Origin: a virus
Taxonomy: Duplodnaviria; Caudoviricetes
Strand: one strand, 5' to 3'
Virus record (IMG/VR): IMGVR_UViG_3300038797_000105
Coordinates: 1 to 55,300 of that record
DNA length: 55,300 nucleotides
Shown here: piece after piece, positions 1 to 6,680 of the stretch
Layout: each line of letters opens with the position of its first letter
How positions within the stretch are numbered: position 1 is the stretch's first letter
Notes under the pieces: model-generated
Database searches by the model: none
Seen by the model: only the letters and a program-made list of their open reading frames with translations
What the model was told of the DNA's origin: nothing
Position numbers and translations under genes: made by a program

Positions 1-120
1 AAATTCCCGTTCTACTTCAAGGCTGGTTCCTACGTGATCGACAACGAAGGCCCGGTAACCGAAGGCGGCTGGGTAGTGTACGAGTCTTTCGACGTGTTCA
101 ACGGCGCGTTGCAACCCTAA
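1..120 (+). CDS. 3' end of polysaccharide lyase family 7 (alginate lyase-like) gene, truncated by window edge
   Basis: Frame 1 reads KFPFYFKAGSYVIDNEGPVTEGGWVVYESFDVFNGALQP*; YFKAGxY is the PL7 C-terminal motif. Confidence 0.7.
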   Translation, partial: KFPFYFKAGSYVIDNEGPVTEGGWVVYESFDVFNGALQP

Positions 121-263
121 AATCCAATCAGCCCCGAGCTGACTGACCAGATCCTGGAAGAGTCCAAGTCAGGCTTCCCTTACTGACTCTTCCAACTGGC
201 CTAATCAAAAAATCCACCATGCCGCATCCGGCCACGGAGGGCGGCGCCTGCATGGAGAAAGCC

Positions 264-647
264 ATGAGCAACTACAACTGCGACTACGTTCGCCGACACT
301 ACGACGTACCGGCTGAGATTGGGCGGCGCGTGATCGCCAACGGGGAGCCGGGCGTAATCATCGCCGACCGTGGCCACTATATCGGCGTCATCCTCGACAG
401 CGACCCGAAGAAGCGCATCCGCAACTACCACCCAACTTGGGAGATGCGGTACAGCGAAATGGCCGAAACGCTGCCGCTGAAGCGCTACCAGGTGCTCGTC
501 GCCGGCTGGGGCTGGTGGGACATCACCAATCGAACAATTGTCGATGTGTTCGCCAGCACACCTTCGCAAGCCAAGTACAAGGCTTACGAGCGGTGCGAGT
601 ACCACGACATCGAATGCATGTTCGGCTTCAAAGTTCGCCGGGCCTGA
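264..647 (+). CDS. Phage early hypothetical protein, paralog of 47514 gene
   Basis: N-terminal ~70 aa nearly identical to 47514 ORF; GGAG RBS upstream. Confidence 0.8.
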   Translation: MSNYNCDYVRRHYDVPAEIGRRVIANGEPGVIIADRGHYIGVILDSDPKKRIRNYHPTWEMRYSEMAETLPLKRYQVLVAGWGWWDITNRTIVDVFASTPSQAKYKAYERCEYHDIECMFGFKVRRA

Positions 648-652
648 CCCTA

Positions 653-680
653 CGGCGCTGCCCGCCAGCGCCTTCCCCTA
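653..680. repeat. GC hairpin repeat CGGCGCTGCCCGCCAGCGCCT(TCCCCTA), copy 1 of 3
   Basis: Same 21-mer at 47936 and 48301; stem GGCGCTG/CAGCGCC. Confidence 0.9.
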
Positions 681-938
681 TGCCAGCTTTACTGCCACTT
701 GAAGGGAAACCGCAGCAGCTGCAGCCAATGCGGCGGCGCTATTCCACCGAGCTTGAGCGCTCAGCGTCTTGATGAGATCCGCGTCATTCACGACGATGCC
801 TTTCCAGTACTCACCATCCGGCTTCCCTTTCAGCTCATCGGGTGGATCAACCTTCACAAGCGCGGCGACCACCCAGCACAACGCTGAGACCGCCCCAGCT
901 GCAATCGACCCGTAATCCGCGAGCATCACCCAGTTCAT
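678..938 (-). CDS. Small two-TM membrane protein (antisense moron)
   Basis: MNWVMLADYG..., AAGGAG RBS, two hydrophobic segments. Confidence 0.7.
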   Translation of the reverse strand: MNWVMLADYGSIAAGAVSALCWVVAALVKVDPPDELKGKPDGEYWKGIVVNDADLIKTLSAQARWNSAAALAAAAAVSLQVAVKLA

Positions 939-999
939 AGCGATCTCCTTTATCGAGACGCCAGCAATACCCCACTTCAACGAATCACGCCACCCCCGC

Positions 1000-1278
1000 T
1001 CAGTGGATCTCTGCCGTGGAGATGACCTGTGCGACTGTCCAGGTGATTATGGGGAGCTCGTCTTTTTTCGCATGGAGCTGAATCCATTGTCGCGCGGTGG
1101 CTAGATCGAACCTGCGGTTGCTATCCAGCATCTTCTGCTGAGCTTCAAGGGTTATCACATAGGCGCCACAGCCCTTGCACGATACTCCTAAGCCTTTGAT
1201 ACCGACCTCTATCTCCTCTGCATCGTCTCGTTCACAGATCTCGCAGACGCAAGTTTCCATACCGAATCCCTCAGACAT
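1000..1278 (-). CDS. Small zinc-ribbon protein (antisense moron)
   Basis: CEIC and CKGC pairs; start uncertain (1278 or 1260). Confidence 0.55.
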   Translation of the reverse strand: MSEGFGMETCVCEICERDDAEEIEVGIKGLGVSCKGCGAYVITLEAQQKMLDSNRRFDLATARQWIQLHAKKDELPIITWTVAQVISTAEIH

Positions 1279-1311
1279 ATCGAATAACTCTAGTCGATAG
1301 AAGGCATCCAC

Positions 1312-1878
1312 ATGCCCACAGAAAACCGATCCAGCAACACAGAGATGGTCAGCGACAGCGAAATGACGGAGTGCCAGTTCCACAATAACTGCGGCGGCTG
1401 GTGTGAGACACGCCGAGAGCTGGAGCACAACCTGTGCGAGCACTGCCTTGAGTCGCACGACGAAGAAATGTCCGAGCCAGCGACACCATATGGCTGGCAC
1501 GTTGAGTGGGCTGACTCAGGCGATCACTACCTGTTCACAAAGGTCGAGAAGCGTATTGAATCCCTGCGCCTTGATTCAGACGTCAAGGTCGTCCAGCTCT
1601 ACACCCACGCCGATACTGGCGAGGTTGAGCGACTGAGCAAGGCGCTCACGCTGCTGCTGACCACCGGCGCCAGCGCGCAGGACAACGTCATCGACATCGA
1701 GCACGACAGCCAGCGCGGCGTCACCTGCTACATCCTCAACGGCGCGGGGATCAGCTGCATCCCCGACAGCCAGCTGCAGGCCGGCAACCAGCGCCAGCTC
1801 TCCCCGCACGAAACCCAACCCGAACCTACACCCGCTCTGGCGCCTGGGCGCTGGATTGATGAGAGGTATCAGCTGTGA
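1312..1878 (+). CDS. Phage hypothetical protein, probably a deletion fusion of two early genes
   Basis: Cys-rich N-half; C-terminal ~75 aa match the stand-alone gene 51888-52139. Confidence 0.65.
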   Translation: MPTENRSSNTEMVSDSEMTECQFHNNCGGWCETRRELEHNLCEHCLESHDEEMSEPATPYGWHVEWADSGDHYLFTKVEKRIESLRLDSDVKVVQLYTHADTGEVERLSKALTLLLTTGASAQDNVIDIEHDSQRGVTCYILNGAGISCIPDSQLQAGNQRQLSPHETQPEPTPALAPGRWIDERYQL

Positions 1879-2300
1879 GTCGAGCAGTCACTGAGCAAGA
1901 TTTCCGCCGGCCCGAGTTCCGCGAGGCCAAGGTCGAAGACTATGAGTTTCGCGCAGATGGCGCCCTGGTTCGCAAATACCGCTGGGAGCAAGGCATACAC
2001 CGGATTCACAACATCGTTGGACGGATCGGTCGAGAGTTCGAGATCCACGATGTGGTTGCCTCCGTCGAAAAGCTGAAGGGCCAATGGCTCGACGCCGATC
2101 CTGACGATGATCCGATAGCTGAGCGAATTGACGTCCGGCTGTCGTGCGGCAGCGTGCTGGCAGGCTGCGTACGCACCGGCACCTTCGCCTATCAATGGCC
2201 GTTCGGTCAGTTCAACTTCACCAGCAAGGACTTCGGCGGGGACGTGATCGAGTATCAGCCGCTGCCTGAGCCGGAGCAGAATCTGGAGGCCCAATCATGA
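1875..2300 (+). CDS. Phage hypothetical protein
   Basis: GTGA overlap with upstream stop; 141 aa. Confidence 0.7.
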   Translation: MSRAVTEQDFRRPEFREAKVEDYEFRADGALVRKYRWEQGIHRIHNIVGRIGREFEIHDVVASVEKLKGQWLDADPDDDPIAERIDVRLSCGSVLAGCVRTGTFAYQWPFGQFNFTSKDFGGDVIEYQPLPEPEQNLEAQS

Positions 2301-2349
2301 TCATGCCCCTGATGTACATGGCCTACCTGATCTACAAAGGACCTCGCCC

Positions 2350-2526
2350 ATGAACCTGATCGACTGCTACGTCACGAAGATCCTCGGCGAGCCGTACCGC
2401 AAGTTCGGCCACTGGTGGGTATCGGTGGAATACACGGCCGAGGGCTGGCCGGGCACCAAAGAAATCATGTTCCGCACCGAGGAAGCTGCCCGGGCGGCGA
2501 AGGTCGGGCACCACTTTTTGGCCTGA
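2350..2526 (+). CDS. Small phage hypothetical protein (58 aa, MNLIDCYVTKILGEPY...)
   Basis: Read manually; ATGA-coupled to an 18-aa ORF at 2297-2353; AAGGA RBS. Confidence 0.6.
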   Translation: MNLIDCYVTKILGEPYRKFGHWWVSVEYTAEGWPGTKEIMFRTEEAARAAKVGHHFLA

Positions 2527-2543
2527 ACGGCACGGAGATCCAT

Positions 2544-2945
2544 ATGGCAAACGCCACTGCCGCATTACAGCCTGGCCTGCTGCCCAGAATCCTACGGGTT
2601 GGCGGAGCACCCGGCTACCTCGGGATGTGCAAGGAAGAATTCAAAAACATGGTCAGACCCTATGTTCGCGAATTCCCTATCGGGAAACAGGGCGTTGGGT
2701 TCGATCGTTTGGAGCTGGACGCCTGGATGGATGCATACATCGAGGCCATGGCCGTTGGAAAGGCGAGCAATCAGGACAACAATCGGCCCCGCAGCGAGCG
2801 CCGAGGAGGTAGTACATGGCGCAAAAACGAACCCCGGGCCTCTACGAGAGGAACGGGATCTGGCATATCGACAAGGTCGTCAGAGGAACGAGACTTCAAG
2901 AAAGCACTGGCACAAGCGAAAGGCACGAAGCAGAGCAGTACCTAG
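2544..2945 (+). CDS. Excisionase-like / AlpA-type HTH protein of remnant
   Basis: APGYLGMCKEEF HTH-like segment; overlaps integrase 5' end; paralog of 53835. Confidence 0.7.
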   Translation: MANATAALQPGLLPRILRVGGAPGYLGMCKEEFKNMVRPYVREFPIGKQGVGFDRLELDAWMDAYIEAMAVGKASNQDNNRPRSERRGGSTWRKNEPRASTRGTGSGISTRSSEERDFKKALAQAKGTKQSST

Positions 2946-4011
2946 CTCATCGGCTGGAGAAACTGAGGCAGGCAAAGATCTACGGGGTCCGGCAGGTGCG
3001 CACCTGACGGGAAGCCGCAACGCGGTTTCTCGTCGAGTTCAACCACCAGGCATCCATTGGGCTTTCTGCGACGTACCTGGAGCAGCTTGATCCGTTTATA
3101 GGTGACCTGCCGGTGACTCACATCGACGACGGGACACTTGCTGCGTACATCAAGCACAAGTTGAAGCCTGGGCTCAGTTCGACAGGGAAGGTCAAGCCTC
3201 CCGCATCAAACAGGACGATAAACATCGCCTTGCAGCGGGTGGTGAGGATATTGAATCTGTGTTCAAGGAAGTGGCGAGACGCAGAAAAGCGCCCCTGGCT
3301 AGACACCGTGCCGATGATCACGATGCTAGAGGAGAAACGATCGAGCAGGAAGCCTTACCCGATGTCATGGGATGAGCAGTCGATACTGTTCGCCGAATTG
3401 CCGGATCACCTTCCGAGGATGGCCCTCTACAAGGTGAATACGGGCTGTCGCGAACAAGAGGTCTGCAAATTGAGGTGGGAGTGGGAGATCCGGGTACCGG
3501 AGCTGGGGACAAACGTTTTCCTGATCCCGGCGGGTTTCGGCGGGATCAGGAAAAGTCAGGGGTGAAGAACGGTGACGAGCGCCTAGTGGTGCTCAACAGT
3601 GTGGCGATGTCAGTCATTGATGGGCAACGCGGCCTTCATCCTGACATCGTCTTCCCCTATGGAGCACCCGATCAGTACGGCCCCACAGCGGTTCATAGGA
3701 TGAATGACTCGGCATGGAAAAAAGCTAGGGTGCGCGCCGCGGTGAAGTGGGAATCGCTTCACGGATCGCAGGCGCACCCCGGGTTCCGATCAATCAGGGT
3801 GCACGACCTGAAGCATACCTTCGGACGGAGGCTTCGGGCGGCGGGTGTTCTGGAAGAGGATCGGAAGGCGTTGCTCGGGCACAAGAATGGCAGTATCACC
3901 AGCCACTATTCAACAGCGGAGCTTGGGGCGCTGATTGAGTCAGCCAACAAGGTTTCCGCGACCGACTCTCGCGGGCCGGCATTAACCATACTGAGGAGGA
4001 AAGCAGGCTAA
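2816..4011 (+). pseudogene. Tyrosine integrase pseudogene
   Basis: In-frame TGA at 3005-3007 and frameshift near 3545-3550; the three pieces align colinearly with intact integrase 54119-55300. Confidence 0.92.
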
Positions 4012-4080
4012 ACCCCCGCAAAAGTCCCTGCGGGTATAAATGAAAAAGCCACCCGTAGGTGGCTAAGTCATTGGGATTAT

Positions 4081-4128
4081 TGGTCGGGACGGAGTGATTC
4101 GAACACTCGACCCCTTGCACCCCATGCA
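4081..4128 (-). other. att core: duplicated 3' half of tRNA-Pro(GGG), not a complete tRNA
   Basis: Minus strand TGCATGGGGTGCAAGGGGTCGAGTGTTCGAATCACTCCGTCCCGACCA has anticodon loop GGG, T-arm GTTCGAATC and CCA; D-arm and 5' acceptor strand absent. Confidence 0.88.
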
Positions 4129-4217
4129 TGTAAAGCTAACGTAGCTGCATGAAAATACAGGCTTTTCTCCTTGGTGCTCGCTGCAACGACGCCCAACGAA
4201 GCCGAACCGGTCCGAGC

Positions 4218-4238
4218 AAAGTCACTTTGAAAGTCACT
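4218..4238 (+). repeat. AAAGTCACT direct repeat, probable integrase arm-type sites
   Basis: Copies at 4218-4226 and 4230-4238; related AAAGTCCCT at 4021 on the other side of the core. Confidence 0.55.
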
Positions 4239-4337
4239 GGCCCTGTCCATCCCTCCTGCGGCGTTCTGCCGGCCGAACACACCCCCTCCCCTACAGCTCA
4301 TCACCCAGCGCTGGTCAGAATTACCCTACCTCGATTA

Positions 4338-4353
4338 CTGTATATCCAAACAG
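4338..4353. promoter_or_regulatory. LexA (SOS) box
   Basis: CTGTATATCCAAACAG fits CTGT-N8-ACAG, 17 bp upstream of GTG 4371. Confidence 0.75.
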
Positions 4354-4370
4354 TACAGGTAGGTGGCACC

Positions 4371-4685
4371 GTGATCATCGAAGACGACAGCTTCGCGCTG
4401 GGCATGCCCACGCCCATGGAAATGCTGGAACAGCATGCACTCCTGCTCCAAGGAGAGAACGAGCAGTTGCAACAGGGCCTCTCCAGGGCAAGGAAAAACA
4501 TCGAGAAGCTGGTGGCGATCAACCAGACCCAGGCCGATCAGATCACCCAACTGAACAGTAGGATTGAACGGCTGACTTGGGATTTGTCCAGAGTAAACGT
4601 AGAGCTCACCGAACTGACAAACCGGCAGCTCGGTGGACCATCTCCAACCTGGGGAGGCATGCCACCGGAGTCATACCAAGGGTAA
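4371..4685 (+). CDS. SOS-box-preceded coiled-coil hypothetical protein
   Basis: AGGTGG RBS, heptad-rich Leu/Gln sequence. Confidence 0.65.
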   Translation: MIIEDDSFALGMPTPMEMLEQHALLLQGENEQLQQGLSRARKNIEKLVAINQTQADQITQLNSRIERLTWDLSRVNVELTELTNRQLGGPSPTWGGMPPESYQG

Positions 4686-4687
4686 AA

Positions 4688-4797
4688 TCAGTGGCTAATC
4701 TGGGCTGGGCCGCCGAGTGCCTGGCATTGATACTCCTGCACGGCCTCCATTAGCGATTCAGCCTCGAGTCGCAAGCGCTCGACTTCTTCAGCAGCCG
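4688..4797 (-). pseudogene. Possible C-terminal gene fragment (AAEEVERLRLEAESLMEAVQEYQ...)
   Basis: Protein-like frame without a good start; resembles, from recollection, small genes at Pseudomonas prophage ends. Confidence 0.3.
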
Positions 4798-4922
4798 TCA
4801 GGGAATGAGGTTGAACTAGTCGACTGTAAATCAACCAGCCAGGCAGGCCCTGTGGCCGTGCTTTCGATGTACCTAAAGGAGGACACCAGAGGCCCTCCTA
4901 TATGAGTTCAACGGCCTGCGTT

Positions 4923-5243
4923 TTACTGCACCTTGTTCGCAGCATGGGGCGCGCTGGACTTTTTCCTGGCCTGGTGCTGACGGTAATAGCCGGTGACGAG
5001 CGTATAGGCGGCCCACGAGAATACGAGTACTGAGGCGATTAGCCAGCCTGACGAGGCCATAGCATTGAAGAACCCTGCGAATATGGGATCTGCCCAAAAT
5101 TTGACGACCGAGAAACTCAACCAAGGCATAAAGATGATGTAGAGAATCGGCGACCAAAAACCCCAGAAAAGGATGGTGCCGATAGGGCGAAAGCCGGCTG
5201 CTCCACCGTAATCGCCCGGTGACACCTTCGTTCTTTTAGCCAT
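4923..5243 (-). CDS. Membrane protein moron
   Basis: AGGAG RBS before MAKRTK; 2-3 hydrophobic helices; lower GC. Confidence 0.65.
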   Translation of the reverse strand: MAKRTKVSPGDYGGAAGFRPIGTILFWGFWSPILYIIFMPWLSFSVVKFWADPIFAGFFNAMASSGWLIASVLVFSWAAYTLVTGYYRQHQARKKSSAPHAANKVQ

Positions 5244-5560
5244 ATGTACTCCTAGTTTTTTACCGCAGGATGCGGACATTCCGTTGTTATTTGTGACGAC
5301 AGGATCTTCGGGGTAAGACACAGCCAAGCGGGATGAACCAGTATGAATCGCCCCTGGCTCATAAGCGTCTGGTTAATGCGCCTTGACGGTAGAGCTGGGA
5401 GGTAGCTCCGAGAGCACAAACCTTGGCTAAGCCTTCAACCAGATTTTGGACTCGACGCGGTCTTGATAGATAGCACCTTTCTCCGTGGCTCCCCCTGCTA
5501 GCGAGATAATCATATCAAAAAGAAATTGTGTCCGACCGGTCCTCATGCGCCCTGCCCCTT

Positions 5561-6091
5561 CTATTTGACCAAGGCTGCATAGGCCGCTTCGCATACCTGC
5601 CCCGCTATTCGACTTCGCGCAAACGCTTCTGCGAGACTTCCCGCCATTCGGTCAGCCTCTTCAAGCAATCCCCCGAGCACCACGACGGCGGAGGTTCCTG
5701 CCTGGCGCTGCTGGGTAGCGGTGGCACCGCAGGTTGCTGTTCGGTCGGCGCGCAGTCGGGCGATTTCGCCGCGCAGCCCACCAGCAGCAGACTCAGCAGC
5801 AGCGGCGCGGCCTTGGGCCATTTCCAGCTGTTGTCGTGCACTCTCTCCCTCCTCGTCCGCCAGGGCCTGGCGGCGTTGTTCTTCGGTTCTGGCCTGGGCT
5901 GCGGCGCGCCGGTCGCGCTCGGAAACCTCAAGGCGGTAGTCGGCCAAGGCCTTGGCGGACTTGGCAACCTCCACCAGGGCATCGGCAGTCGCGCCATCGG
6001 CAACCACCACCCGATACTGCTGGCCGCCGGCGACCAGCACCAAGGCGATCAGCCACCAGCACCATCCCGGTGCCGCGCCGAGCCAGGTCAC
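5561..6091 (-). CDS. Rz-like inner-membrane spanin
   Basis: N-terminal TM then Ala-rich coiled coil; directly after endolysin. Confidence 0.8.
   Translation of the reverse strand: MTWLGAAPGWCWWLIALVLVAGGQQYRVVVADGATADALVEVAKSAKALADYRLEVSERDRRAAAQARTEEQRRQALADEEGESARQQLEMAQGRAAAAESAAGGLRGEIARLRADRTATCGATATQQRQAGTSAVVVLGGLLEEADRMAGSLAEAFARSRIAGQVCEAAYAALVK
5605..5841 (-). CDS. Rz1-like outer-membrane spanin lipoprotein embedded in Rz
   Basis: GTG at 5841 after GAGGAGG; lipobox LLVG-C; Pro-rich mature part; alternative frame inside Rz. Confidence 0.75.
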   Translation of the reverse strand: MHDNSWKWPKAAPLLLSLLLVGCAAKSPDCAPTEQQPAVPPLPSSARQEPPPSWCSGDCLKRLTEWREVSQKRLREVE

Positions 6092-6534
6092 GCCAGCGCC
6101 CGCCGCACGCCTTCATTGATGATGGCGTCGGGATACGGATTGCCGCCGTTCTCGTGGATGATGATGCTCAGCACCATTCCGCGCAGGGTGGCCGGGTCTT
6201 TGATGTCGATAGGGTCCGTGGCCCGAACGCCCAGGCGCTTTGCAACGGCTGCTGCGTAGGCCTGGGTGTCGTTCTCGTTGCTCGGCGCCCAGCGGTTGAT
6301 GGTCTCTAGCACCGTGTCGATGCCCTTACCGCCCACGCCGGGCATGCCGTCCTTGCCTCGGTAGTTGATGAGCAGCTTGCCCAGGGCGCGAATGCCGTTC
6401 TCGGGATGGTCGAAGCGGGCGAAACGAGGCTTCGCTACGCCTTCTTCCAGGCCGAGCTGGCCCTGCCAGGCATTGCGCGGGTTGTAATCGATGTTGCCAG
6501 GGTTCTTGTTCCGGACGCCGCGAGGTGTGGTCAT
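6088..6534 (-). CDS. Putative endolysin (RNxNPGNI lysozyme-like family)
   Basis: GVRNKNPGNI, RWAP-ENDT, IIIHENG motifs; upstream of spanins. Confidence 0.75.
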   Translation of the reverse strand: MTTPRGVRNKNPGNIDYNPRNAWQGQLGLEEGVAKPRFARFDHPENGIRALGKLLINYRGKDGMPGVGGKGIDTVLETINRWAPSNENDTQAYAAAVAKRLGVRATDPIDIKDPATLRGMVLSIIIHENGGNPYPDAIINEGVRRALA

Positions 6535-6614
6535 GTTTTCTCCAGGCTCAAAAAAGCCCGCGCTGGGCGGGCATTGGGGAGGATCTGCAGCAGTTGCTGC
6601 TCTGTGATTGGCAT
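6531..6614 (-). pseudogene. 27-codon ORF starting with a GH19 endolysin-like N-terminus (MPITEQQLLQILPNARP)
   Basis: Own GGAGA RBS; stop overlaps endolysin ATG; N-terminus recognised from Pseudomonas GH19 lysins. Confidence 0.65.
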
Positions 6615-6680
6615 TCGTTTCTCCAGGCATAACAATCCCGCAAGCGCGGCAGGCTTAGCAGGCCTACCGCGCTCATAGGA

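Larger units (their letters stand above)
201..4128. mobile_element. Degenerate prophage remnant (early-gene/xis/int end) ending at tRNA-Pro att core; left boundary uncertain
   Basis: Paralogs of genes at 47514, 51888, 53835 and 54119; broken integrase; att core at 4081-4128. Confidence 0.85.

Noticed and set aside
4081-4128. Complete tRNA gene
   Set aside because: Only the anticodon-to-CCA half is present; treated as att core
5330-5550. Possible small gene or RNA between Rz and the membrane moron
   Set aside because: Only very short frames and no clear structure; probably promoter or decayed sequence
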